Positions 1 to 10,709 of a stretch of DNA of 64,000 nucleotides are shown here, piece by piece (the first letter of the stretch is position 1; every line of letters starts with the position of its first letter). The stretch lies in assembly GCA_963841435.1 (NCBI GenBank), contig CAWJCS010000006.1, positions 544,001 to 608,000 on the forward strand. The letters are read 5' to 3'. Both the position numbers and the translations under genes were made by a program. This stretch comes from an uncultured delta proteobacterium. Lineage in GTDB: Bacteria > Myxococcota_A > Polyangia > Polyangiales > Polyangiaceae. The notes beneath the pieces were generated by a model. That model saw only the letters and a program-made list of their open reading frames with translations, was not told the DNA's origin and did no database searches.

Positions 1-12
1 GATCTTGCACTC

Positions 13-1074
13 TTGCAGGGGCGCAACACCGAGGCGATCGCAGAGTACCGGCGCGCGCTCGAGCTCGACGGCGAGGATCTCGGGGCTCGCTTCCAGCTCG
101 GTATCGCCCTGCGGCGCAACCGTGGCTACGACGAGGCGACGAAAGTGCTCGACGAGGTCGCGAAGGAGGACCCCGACCACCCCGGGCTCGCCCTCGAGCG
201 CGGCCTGATCTTCGAGGCGACGGGGCAGGGCCAAAAGGCGCTCGATTCCTACGAGTCGGCGCTCGCCAAAGCGCCGACGGACCCCGATCTCATGCTCCGC
301 GTCGGCTGTGGCCGCGTCTCGGCCGGGCAACCTGAAAAAGCCGAGGAGCTTCTCAGGAAGGTGCTCGGGCTGAAGCCGAACTCCGCCGAGGTCAATCATT
401 GCCTCGGCCGTAGCCTGCTCGCGCGCGACAAAGTAGCGGACGCACAGCGCTTGCTCGACCGCGCCGTCGAGATCGACCCCAAGCGCGCGGAGTACCACCT
501 TTACGCAGGCTGGGCCGCGAACGAAGCCGGCAACGTGCCCAAGGCCGAGCGTGAGCTCGCTCGGGCGCTCGAGATCGACGGCTCCCTCGCCGACGCGTAC
601 TGGCAGCGGGGCGTCTTGAGGGCACGCCAAGGCGCCGTGAAGGACGCCGTGACCGACCTGACGCGTGCACTCACGCTGAGCCCCGGTCGCGTCGAGGCCC
701 ACGCCGCCCTCGCCGACGCGTACTACGATCTCGGCAAGGAGCGAGACGCGCTCGCGGAGTGGCAGAAGGCCGTCCAGGCCCAGCCCGACAACGCCGTCTG
801 GCACTTTCGCTACGGCAAGCTGCTCGTGACCAACCAGATGATGGACGTGGGGCGGGAGCACCTCGAGCGTGCGATCCGCGCGGGCGAAAAGTCGGAGGCG
901 CCGCCGCGCTGGCTCTGGGAGGCGCACCACATCATGGCGCGTTCGCTTGCGGGCCGCGCCGAGGCGGCCCCGCACTGGGAAGCCTTCTTGAGGCTCGGCC
1001 CGCGTGATTCACCCTACCGGACCGAAGCCAAGGCGGCGCTCGTCAAGCTCGGCAAGCCCTGGACGGGCGAATAG
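13..1074 (+). CDS. TPR-repeat protein, C-terminal part (probably truncated by the window edge)
   Basis: Tandem TPR-like repeats (AIAEYRRALELDGEDLGARFQLG, ALEIDGSLADAYWQRG). The frame runs to the window start with no convincing start codon. Confidence 0.85.
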   Translation: MQGRNTEAIAEYRRALELDGEDLGARFQLGIALRRNRGYDEATKVLDEVAKEDPDHPGLALERGLIFEATGQGQKALDSYESALAKAPTDPDLMLRVGCGRVSAGQPEKAEELLRKVLGLKPNSAEVNHCLGRSLLARDKVADAQRLLDRAVEIDPKRAEYHLYAGWAANEAGNVPKAERELARALEIDGSLADAYWQRGVLRARQGAVKDAVTDLTRALTLSPGRVEAHAALADAYYDLGKERDALAEWQKAVQAQPDNAVWHFRYGKLLVTNQMMDVGREHLERAIRAGEKSEAPPRWLWEAHHIMARSLAGRAEAAPHWEAFLRLGPRDSPYRTEAKAALVKLGKPWTGE

Positions 1075-1077
1075 GCC

Positions 1078-1116
1078 GACGTTCCGGCGCGCCGCGGGCG
1101 GCTCGCCGGAATCGTC
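1078..1116. terminator. GC-rich hairpin between convergent genes, possible bidirectional terminator
   Basis: TTCCGGCG (1082-1089) pairs with CGCCGGAA (1104-1111), with extended flanks. No clear U-tract. Confidence 0.35.
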
Positions 1117-1135
1117 GCATGCGCGTGAGTTGCGA

Positions 1136-1534
1136 TCAGCTGGCGGGCTGGGCAGCCGGCGCCATGGCGCTAAACTCGTAGACCCACGTGGCCATGCCGT
1201 CGCGCTTGTCGGGCGGCGCGAGAGCGAGACCGTCGACCGCGCTCGTCACGCAGGTTGCGAGCTCGGCGGGCGCCGTTGTGCCCGCGGGGTCAACCTTCAC
1301 GTCCTTGATCTTGCCGGTCTCGGCTTCGACCGTGAACATGACGGTGACGCGACCCTGGAGCTCCTGGTTGCCCTTGAGCGCGGTGTCGTAGCAGGTCTTG
1401 ATTTCCGGGGCCTTGGCGTCCAGAACCTTCTGCGTCTCGTCGCGATAGTCTTCCGGGCTCCTCGCGTAGAACGAGCAGCCCACCGTGCTCGCCATCAGGG
1501 CAACGAGGCTCAGCTTGATCGAGGCTTTGACCAT
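1136..1534 (-). CDS. Lipoprotein with TonB-C-like (AgmX/PglI C-terminal-type) domain
   Basis: AAGGAG RBS upstream of ATG 1534. Lipobox STVG|C. Pattern IKTCY...LQGRVTVMFTV...G...ELATCV...L.PP...WVYEF is typical of this myxobacterial domain. Confidence 0.75.
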   Translation of the reverse strand: MVKASIKLSLVALMASTVGCSFYARSPEDYRDETQKVLDAKAPEIKTCYDTALKGNQELQGRVTVMFTVEAETGKIKDVKVDPAGTTAPAELATCVTSAVDGLALAPPDKRDGMATWVYEFSAMAPAAQPAS

Positions 1535-1560
1535 GGTCGGTACTCCTTGTCCCATCGTCT

Positions 1561-2289
1561 TCATTTGGCCGGCTCTTCTTTGGGGGCAGCCTTCTTGATG
1601 GCGCCCTTCTTGGGGGGCTCCTTCGCGGCGTCCGTCGGTGCAGGGGGCAGGTCCTTTTTCACGGCCGAGGTTTTCTCCTCGAGGACCGTTTCTTTGCCCG
1701 TCTTGGTGTCGACCTCAACCTTCTTCTTGGTGACGTCCTGCTCGATGATGTTGAACTCGACGCGGCGGTTCTTTTCGCGGCCCTCTTCGTCGTCGTTGGT
1801 CGCGATCGGCTTGGACGAGCCGTAGCCCTTGGCGGTGAACGTCGTGGCGGGGATGCCGCCCTTCTCGACGAGGTACGCCATGACCGACTTGGCGCGCTCG
1901 TCGGAGAGCTTGAGGTTGCGCTTGGCATCACCCTCGGCGCTCGCGTGACCCTCGATCGCGATCTTCTTGATGTGCGGATTCTTTTTGATCGTGTCCGCGA
2001 TCTCGTTCAAGAGGTCGAACGACTGCGGCAGGATCACCGCCTTCGCCACCTCGAACTGAATCTTCTCGGTAATCTCGATCTTGTTGTCCTTGACGATCAC
2101 CTTCGGCGGCGGCTCGGGCGGCTTTTCCGGCGGCGGGGGAGGGGGCGGCGGGGGCGGCAACTCGCCCATGACCGCGACCGGCGCCTTGCCGGTGAATTCG
2201 ACGGCGCCACCGCAGCCGGCCAAAAGCGCGGCGGCAGAGACGAGGACGGTGAGAGAGGAGGGCTTCGCGCCCGCACGCAAGAGCGGCAT
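1561..2289 (-). CDS. OmpA-family peptidoglycan-binding lipoprotein with poly-Pro linker
   Basis: Lipobox LLAG|C, poly-Pro stretch, and OmpA-C motifs IEGH, NLKLSDERAKSV, GYG..KP, NRRVEF. Start chosen at ATG 2289. Confidence 0.9.
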   Translation of the reverse strand: MPLLRAGAKPSSLTVLVSAAALLAGCGGAVEFTGKAPVAVMGELPPPPPPPPPPEKPPEPPPKVIVKDNKIEITEKIQFEVAKAVILPQSFDLLNEIADTIKKNPHIKKIAIEGHASAEGDAKRNLKLSDERAKSVMAYLVEKGGIPATTFTAKGYGSSKPIATNDDEEGREKNRRVEFNIIEQDVTKKKVEVDTKTGKETVLEEKTSAVKKDLPPAPTDAAKEPPKKGAIKKAAPKEEPAK

Positions 2290-2488
2290 AGGTCGATTCC
2301 TTCGCTTGGGTAGGACGCGTTTTTCCCACCGCTTAGACCCCCACGTCAACGCCAAACACCGGCTCAGCCCTCGGCGCCATACCGAGCTTCGGCGATTATT
2401 TCGCGTGCAGACGGTTCGACCCTGCCACGAAGTAGCTGATTTGTAGGTGGATCCGCGCGCAGGCCGCGGGGTGGCTCGGGCGGACCGG

Positions 2489-2528
2489 CGCGCCCGTTCG
2501 GAGCGTCGCGAAACGTCCGACGGGCGCG
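2489..2528 (-). terminator. Stem-loop just downstream of rpoD
   Basis: CGCGCCCG-T-TCGGA ... TCCGA-CGGGCGCG inverted repeat about 25 nt after the rpoD stop. No U-tract. Confidence 0.4.
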
Positions 2529-2551
2529 GCACATGAGCGCCGAGCGAGGCG

Positions 2552-4501
<1,950 letters not shown>

Positions 4502-4510
4502 TACCTCGTC

Positions 4511-6418
4511 CTACGAGCCGTCGCGCTCACGCGCGCGGCGTGTTCTTTCGTGAAGTCGCCTGAGCAAAGCGGTTTGTTGCTCGAAGTCGCCCATCTTCTC
4601 GGCACGTTCCAACTCTTCGACGACCAGGGATTTTTCCCGTGACCACTCGAGCGACTCCAGTTTCTTCAAGTTTCCGACCAGCTCCGCCTTAGCATCGACC
4701 AAGCGTTCGTGCTTGGGGGCCGCCCAGCGAGCAAGGGCGAATGGATGGATCGGCGCCGGAAGCTTCGCAAGCAATTGTTCGGGCTCCGTGACGCCAGAGC
4801 GATGGTTATGACGCAGTGCGGCAAGCCCGGCAGCCAGGTCGCCTTCAAGTAAGGACCCCGCACGCAGGGCTTCCGGATCATCGAACAGCTCTGGAAAGTC
4901 CAGGAATGCGCCGACAACCTCGACGTCGATGTCCGCCTGGCGATCGCGGGAGCGGGCCCGGTGGGGCGGGGCAACCGCCACTTTTGAGCGCTGGGCGAGC
5001 GAGGGGGCGGGCCCCCCGGCGAGGCGTGCCGCGAGGTGCTGCAGCGTCCGGCCGTCGGCGTGTCCCAGGCCCAGGCGCCCCGCGAGCCGGTCCGCGGCGA
5101 GGGCCTGGGTGAGGTCACGCTGGTTCGGGTCGTCGATCTCGCCGATGAGGCGCATGACCTCTTTCACGGTGTGGGCCTGGGTGGGTCCGTCGTTCTTGGC
5201 GAAGTTTTCGTCCAAAAGCTCTCCGATGAGATGGAAGATGACGGGCTGAGCCGCGTCGATCACGCGTCCGAGCTGTTCGGTACCCGCTTGGCGCGAAAAG
5301 TCGTCGGGGTCGGCGCCCGGGGGAAGCGTAGCGACCCGGGCCGTCAAGCCAGCCTCGCGACAGACCTCGTGTGCGACGCGCACGGCGCGCCGCCCCGCGT
5401 CGTCGGGATCGAACAGCAGGATCACGTTCTGGCTGAGGCGGCGGAGCGCGCGCGCCTGCTCCACGGTGAAAGCCGTGCCGAGCGGCGCGACGACGTTCTG
5501 AAAGCCGCGTGCGTGCAAGCTCAAGACGTCGAAGTTGCCCTCGACGATCACCGCCTTGTCCGCGGCACGGATGGCCTGCCGCGCCTGGTAGATGCCGAAG
5601 ACGGCCTCGCGCTTGCGGTACACGGGCGACTCGGGCGAGTTCATGTACTTCGCGGGCGGGTCTCCGCCGCTCGTCGGCTCGAGCCCGAGGCTCCTGAGCC
5701 GCTCGGCAGGCGGCTCGGCGAGCGCGCGCCCGCTGAAGGCGATGACGCGTGCCTGCACGTCGAGCACGGCGAACATGAGCCGGTGCCGGAAGCGATCGTA
5801 GTAGCCCGAGCCCGAGCGCCGCGGCGCGATGAGGCCCACCTTTTCCGCCGCCGTCGAGCTCAGGCCCGCCTCGCGCAGATACGTGGCGAGCCCTTCCCAG
5901 CCGTACGGCGCGTAACCCACGCGAAACGCCTGAAGCGCGTCGCCGATGGGGTCCGTCGGCTGAGCGGGCACGAGCGCGCGGCGCGCGAGCTCCGCCTCCG
6001 CGATGTCGCGGAGGGGGTGCTCCCGCAGCATCCGCTCGAAGTAGCTCGCCGCCGCGCCGCCGATGTCGAAGAGCTCGTGCTGGCGGCGCCGGGCCTCGGT
6101 TTGCTGACGCCGCTCGGCATCGCTCGCCGTCTCGACGACGTCGATGCCGAGTCGCTCGGCGAGCCTGCGGATCGCCTCGACGAAGTCGAGGCCCTCGGTC
6201 TCCTGCATGAACTTGATGGCGTCCCCCGATGCGTGGCAGCCGAAGCAATGGTAAAAACCGCGCTCGGGGTTCACGTGAAAGCTCGGCGACTTCTCCTTGT
6301 GGAAGGGGCAAAGGCCGACGAAGCTCCGTCCGCGCTTGGTGAGCTTCACGCTCTCGCCCACGACCTCCACGATGCTCACGTCGCGTTTGACGCGGTCCAG
6401 GGTCTCCTGGGCGATCAC
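4511..6418 (-). CDS. dnaG: DNA primase
   Basis: CHC2 zinc finger CPFH.EKSPSF...CFGC, DRFRHRLMF, KYMNSPES, Toprim VEGNFDV...LGTA. Confidence 0.97.
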   Translation of the reverse strand: MIAQETLDRVKRDVSIVEVVGESVKLTKRGRSFVGLCPFHKEKSPSFHVNPERGFYHCFGCHASGDAIKFMQETEGLDFVEAIRRLAERLGIDVVETASDAERRQQTEARRRQHELFDIGGAAASYFERMLREHPLRDIAEAELARRALVPAQPTDPIGDALQAFRVGYAPYGWEGLATYLREAGLSSTAAEKVGLIAPRRSGSGYYDRFRHRLMFAVLDVQARVIAFSGRALAEPPAERLRSLGLEPTSGGDPPAKYMNSPESPVYRKREAVFGIYQARQAIRAADKAVIVEGNFDVLSLHARGFQNVVAPLGTAFTVEQARALRRLSQNVILLFDPDDAGRRAVRVAHEVCREAGLTARVATLPPGADPDDFSRQAGTEQLGRVIDAAQPVIFHLIGELLDENFAKNDGPTQAHTVKEVMRLIGEIDDPNQRDLTQALAADRLAGRLGLGHADGRTLQHLAARLAGGPAPSLAQRSKVAVAPPHRARSRDRQADIDVEVVGAFLDFPELFDDPEALRAGSLLEGDLAAGLAALRHNHRSGVTEPEQLLAKLPAPIHPFALARWAAPKHERLVDAKAELVGNLKKLESLEWSREKSLVVEELERAEKMGDFEQQTALLRRLHERTRRARERDGS

Positions 6419-6485
6419 AGCCCACGCCTAGCACTAGTCTCGGGCCGGGCGACGTCGCGGTCTCGCGCGGGTGCTCGATGCGCCA

Positions 6486-6513
6486 TTGACTGGACATCTG
6501 TTCAGCGTATGCT
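6486..6513 (+). promoter_or_regulatory. Sigma70-like promoter with a LexA-box-like operator in its spacer
   Basis: TTGACT (6486-6491), 16-nt spacer, TATGCT (6508-6513). CTGGAC-ATCT-GTTCAG-C occupies 6490-6506. Confidence 0.7.
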
Positions 6514-6520
6514 CCCGAGG

Positions 6521-7543
6521 GTGCGGCGGCTCGCTCTCTCCAATCCCCAGAGCCGCTTCGAGCGATTTAGCGTCGAGTACGCCGAGGGCCCGCCCGACGC
6601 CACGCTCGACCTCTACGACGATCAGAGCCAAACGATCCTCTCCGAAAACACGAGCCCCGACCTCGGCTTCCGGTACAGCGTGAACCCGTACCGAGGGTGC
6701 CTCCACGGTTGCGCCTACTGCTACGCGCGGCCGACGCACGAGTACCTGGGCTTCGGCGCGGGAAGCGACTTCGAGCGAAAGATCGTCGTCAAGCGTCGCG
6801 CGCCCGAGCTCCTCGAGAAGGCGTTCGCGCGGAGGAGCTGGCGGGGCGAGCTCGTCGTGTTCAGCGGCAATACGGATTGCTACCAGCCGCTCGAGCAAAA
6901 GCTCGCGATCACGCGCGGGTGTCTCGCCGTGTGCGCCGAGTTCAAGAATCCCGTGCACGTCATCACGAAGAGCGCGCTCGTCGAGCGCGATCTCGATCTT
7001 TTGACCACGCTCGCCCGCGAGGCCACGGCGGGTGTCACGCTCAGCGTGCCTTTCCTCGACGAGGCGGTGGCGCGCGCCATGGAGCCGTACGCGCCGCCCC
7101 CGAGCCGTCGCATCGAAGCCATCCGGCGCTTGAGCGAGGCGGGCTTGCGCGTGGGCGTCAACGTCGCGCCGCTCATTCCCGGCCTCAACGACCGGGATCT
7201 CGTGCCCATCCTCGCGGCCGCGCGCGAGGCGGGTGCGACGACCGCCGGCATGGTGCCACTCAGGCTGCCGGGCAGCGCGAAAGACGTGTTCGTCGAGCGC
7301 CTCCGGGCGGCGCTGCCGCTCGCCGCCGACAAGGTGCTCGCCCGCGTGCGGGAGATGCGTGGCGGCGCGCTCGACGACGCCCGTTTCGGCGAGCGCTTCG
7401 CCGGTGAAGGCCGGTACATCGAGACCATCCACCAGATCTTCGAGAAAACGACGCGGCGCCTCGGCTTTGCCACGCGCGAGATCACACCCGTCGCCGACAC
7501 GTTCCGGCGCCCCGCGCGCGGGCAGCTCGGCTTATTCGAGTAG
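6521..7543 (+). CDS. PA0069/SplB-like radical SAM protein
   Basis: YSVNPYRGCLHGCAYCYARPTHEYLG (CxxxCxxC), SGNTDCYQP, ITKSALVERD, C-terminal QLGLF. The upstream part of the 835-aa ORF is an antisense shadow of dnaG. Start is GTG 6521 (or ATG 6509). Confidence 0.92.
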   Translation: MRRLALSNPQSRFERFSVEYAEGPPDATLDLYDDQSQTILSENTSPDLGFRYSVNPYRGCLHGCAYCYARPTHEYLGFGAGSDFERKIVVKRRAPELLEKAFARRSWRGELVVFSGNTDCYQPLEQKLAITRGCLAVCAEFKNPVHVITKSALVERDLDLLTTLAREATAGVTLSVPFLDEAVARAMEPYAPPPSRRIEAIRRLSEAGLRVGVNVAPLIPGLNDRDLVPILAAAREAGATTAGMVPLRLPGSAKDVFVERLRAALPLAADKVLARVREMRGGALDDARFGERFAGEGRYIETIHQIFEKTTRRLGFATREITPVADTFRRPARGQLGLFE

Positions 7544-7566
7544 CAGGCCCGCGGGGAGAGTCGTGG

Positions 7567-8739
7567 TTAGTCGCGCATCGCCTCGATGGGCGAGATGCTC
7601 GCGGCGCGGAGCGCCGGAAAGAAGCCGCCGATCACGCCCATCAAGGCGCCGATCAACACGGCCGTCACGAGCAGGCCGGGGTCGGGGTCGAAGGCGAACG
7701 TGACCTCCTGCCAGGTCGCGAAATTCATCATCGAGATCTTCACCGTGCTGAGCGCGAGGGCAGCGAGCACGCCCACGACGCCGCCCGCCGCGGTGAGAAC
7801 GGCCGATTCGAGCACGAAGGAGGTCAGGATCGAGAGGCGGGAGAATCCGAGCGCGCGGAGCGTGCCGATCTCGCGCTGGCGCTGCGCGACGGCCGCCTGC
7901 ATCGTGATGACGGCGCCGATGATGCCGCCGAGCGCGAGGAACGACACGATCACGATGCCCATGATCTTGATGAACAGGCTCGTCCCGTTCGACTGCTTCT
8001 CGTAGTAGCCCGCCTCGGTCATCGTCTCGAGGCCCAGCTGCTTGTCCCCCTCCATGGTGGCCTTGAAGGCGTCGAACTTGCTTGCCGACTCGAGTTGCAC
8101 GGTGACGGACGAGACGAGCCCCTCACGCCCGAACGACGAGCGCGCCGTGTCGACGTCGGCCCACACCTCCGACTCGAAGCTCGAGCCGCCCGCGGAGAAG
8201 ATGCCGACGACCTTCACGGGTCGGTTCTTCTTGAGGTCGAAGCTGTCGCCGATTTGCATGCCGCGGAAGCGCCCCACGAGGCCTTGGCCGATCATCACCT
8301 CGTCGGTGCCGGGCTGCGGGGGCCGGCCCTCGATGAGCTTGACCTCCGGGCGGACTTCCTTCGCGATCTCGGGAACGCCGCGCACGAGCACGTTCGAGAC
8401 CTGCCCTTGTGTACTGCCGAGCTTGTCCTGGGCGATGACGATGACGACTTCCCCCGAGGACAGCGAGCGTCCCCGAGCGTCGCGCTTCACCCCGGGTGCC
8501 GCGGAGATGAGCCCGAGCGACTTGACCTCGATGCTGCTCGCCATCTCGGTGTCCGAGCCCTTGCGAAGGACGATGGCGTTGTCCTTCCGGCCCGCGCCGA
8601 CCATCGTCTTCTGGATGCCGAGGCCGAGCATGAACGCGGCCGCGAGCACGAACACCACGAGGGCGATGCCGAGGCCCGTGGCAAGGCTCGTGGTCTTGCG
8701 AACGAGCAGGCTGCGGACGTTGTAAGAGAGCGGGATCAT
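7567..8739 (-). CDS. ABC exporter permease (MacB/FtsX family)
   Basis: N-terminal TM, periplasmic domain, RQREIGTLRALGFS motif, C-terminal PALRAASISPIEAMR. Confidence 0.92.
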   Translation of the reverse strand: MIPLSYNVRSLLVRKTTSLATGLGIALVVFVLAAAFMLGLGIQKTMVGAGRKDNAIVLRKGSDTEMASSIEVKSLGLISAAPGVKRDARGRSLSSGEVVIVIAQDKLGSTQGQVSNVLVRGVPEIAKEVRPEVKLIEGRPPQPGTDEVMIGQGLVGRFRGMQIGDSFDLKKNRPVKVVGIFSAGGSSFESEVWADVDTARSSFGREGLVSSVTVQLESASKFDAFKATMEGDKQLGLETMTEAGYYEKQSNGTSLFIKIMGIVIVSFLALGGIIGAVITMQAAVAQRQREIGTLRALGFSRLSILTSFVLESAVLTAAGGVVGVLAALALSTVKISMMNFATWQEVTFAFDPDPGLLVTAVLIGALMGVIGGFFPALRAASISPIEAMRD

Positions 8740-8747
8740 CGTTTACC

Positions 8748-9914
8748 TCACCCGACGCGGCGCAGCGCGCTCACCACTTCGAGGCGCGCGGCCCCGCGCG
8801 CAGGGATCACGGCCGCGAGCACGCCGAGCAGCACGGCGAGCCCCAGCGCGAGGCCGGCGACGCTCGGGCTCACGCGGAAGAACGGGAAAAATGCCCCGAG
8901 GTTCTGCTCGAGCACCGGCCCGAGCGCCCCCTGCACGAAGGGGTAGCCGAGCGCGAGGCCGAGCACGCCGCCCAAGAGCCCGAGCACGAAGCCCTCACCG
9001 AGGATGAACATCACGATGTGGCGCGGCAAAAAACCGATGGCGCGAAGCACACCATACTCGTGGGTTCGCTCGCGGACGCCCATGGCGATGGTGTTCGCGA
9101 GGATGAGCCCCATGATCACCATGGTGACGTAGCTCACGATTTCGATGGCGCCGAGCACCGCCGAGATCATGCCGAGGAACGATGCCTGGAAAGCGCGCTC
9201 GCTCATGCTCAGCGTCTGCTCGTCGCGGTCCTCGAACTTCTTGTCGATGGTCTGCGCGATCTCCGCGGCGCGCGCGGGGTTGTCGACGCGCGCCATGATC
9301 CAGCCGATCTTGTCCTGCCGGCGCGGGGGCAGCGACTCGTTCAGGTATTTCCAATGAAACCACAAGGTCGAGCGATCGACGGTGGCGCGATCGGCCGTGT
9401 AGATGCCCCTGATGTGAAATTCCCAGTCGCCCGGGTAGATCGTGCCGGCCAGCACGATCTTCTGCCCGATCTTCCAGCCCTTCGAGTTCGCGAGCGCATC
9501 GCCGATGATCGCTCCCTGCCGGTCCTCCTCCCAGGCGGCCTTCTGGTCCGCAGGCAGCTTGATCTCGTCGTAGACCTTGAGGAAGTCCTCGGGCTCGACG
9601 GCGATCGTGCTGAAGAAATCCTGCTCGTGGTTGGGGTCCTTGGCGCCGAACCAGTTGGCGGCGGCGACCTCGGTGACACCCGGGACCTGCCGGATCTCCT
9701 CCACGTAGCGCGCGGGGAGCGGCATGATGAAGCTCACCTTGTGGCGCGTGCCGATGCGATCCTTGGCGGCTTGCTCGGCGCCGGCCGTCCACGACCAGAT
9801 CACGGTTCGTAGCATCACGAAGAACACGACGAACACGGTGACGCCCGCGAGCGTGAGGAACGTGCGCAGCTTGTTGCGCCCGATGTTGCGGATGGCGATC
9901 GTGAAGAGCTGCAT
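8748..9914 (-). CDS. ABC exporter permease (MacB/FtsX family)
   Basis: RNIGRNKLRTFLT start, VRERTHEYGVLRAIGF, PARGAARLEVVSALR. Start at ATG 9914. Confidence 0.92.
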   Translation of the reverse strand: MQLFTIAIRNIGRNKLRTFLTLAGVTVFVVFFVMLRTVIWSWTAGAEQAAKDRIGTRHKVSFIMPLPARYVEEIRQVPGVTEVAAANWFGAKDPNHEQDFFSTIAVEPEDFLKVYDEIKLPADQKAAWEEDRQGAIIGDALANSKGWKIGQKIVLAGTIYPGDWEFHIRGIYTADRATVDRSTLWFHWKYLNESLPPRRQDKIGWIMARVDNPARAAEIAQTIDKKFEDRDEQTLSMSERAFQASFLGMISAVLGAIEIVSYVTMVIMGLILANTIAMGVRERTHEYGVLRAIGFLPRHIVMFILGEGFVLGLLGGVLGLALGYPFVQGALGPVLEQNLGAFFPFFRVSPSVAGLALGLAVLLGVLAAVIPARGAARLEVVSALRRVG

Positions 9915-9937
9915 GAAAGAAGCTCCCGGGCGCCCGC

Positions 9938-10660
9938 TCAGGACGCGGCGGCCGCGCCCGCCTCGCGGTGGTTCTCGACGGCTTTGGCGAGTTCGCCCTT
10001 GTCGAGGTGGTGCACGATCTGGGCGCGCTCGGCTGCCGCAGGGTCGTGGGTCACCATGACGATCGTCTTCTTGAACTCGGACTGCAGCCGTTCGAGCAGT
10101 TTCAGAATGTCGTTCGCGCTGTCGCGGTCGAGATCGCCCGTGGGCTCGTCGGCGACGATGATCTTGGGGTCGGCCACGATGGCGCGCGCGATGGTCACGC
10201 GCTGCTCCTGCCCACCCGAAAGCTGGCTCGGCAGGTGCCCCGCACGATCTTCGAGGCCGACGACGCGCAGGGCGATCTCGGCGCGCTTGCGGCGCTCCTT
10301 CGCCGGGAGCTTCGCCAGCAAGAGCGGCAGCTCGACGTTCTCGACGGCCGAGAGCACCGGCATGAGGTTGTAGGTCTGGAAGACGAAGCCGATGTTCTGG
10401 GCGCGCCACGCCGCGCGTTGGCCCTCGCTCATGGCGCCGACGTTCGAGCCAGCGACGGTCACCGTGCCGGAGGTCGGCTGATCGAGCCCCGCGATCAGGT
10501 TCAGGAGCGTTGATTTCCCCGAGCCGGAGGGCCCCATGAGCGCTTCGAAGGCCCCTTCTTTGATTTCGAGGTTCAGCCCCTGGAGCACGTCGAGCTGCTC
10601 CTTGCCCCGCCAGAAGCTTTTCTTCACGTTGACCAGGCTGATGACCGCGTTGTCACTCAT
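9938..10660 (-). CDS. ABC transporter ATP-binding subunit (LolD/MacB-like)
   Basis: Walker A GPSGSGKST, signature LSGGQEQR, Walker B ADEPTG, VTHD. Confidence 0.96.
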   Translation of the reverse strand: MSDNAVISLVNVKKSFWRGKEQLDVLQGLNLEIKEGAFEALMGPSGSGKSTLLNLIAGLDQPTSGTVTVAGSNVGAMSEGQRAAWRAQNIGFVFQTYNLMPVLSAVENVELPLLLAKLPAKERRKRAEIALRVVGLEDRAGHLPSQLSGGQEQRVTIARAIVADPKIIVADEPTGDLDRDSANDILKLLERLQSEFKKTIVMVTHDPAAAERAQIVHHLDKGELAKAVENHREAGAAAAS

Positions 10661-10709
10661 GGCTCGCCCTTCAATAGTGCGGTGGGGTGAGGCCGCAAGG
10701 GTTTCGTCG

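Noticed and set aside
2405-2430. GGTTCGACCC resembling a tRNA T-loop downstream of rpoD
   Set aside because: No cloverleaf with D arm and anticodon arm can be built.
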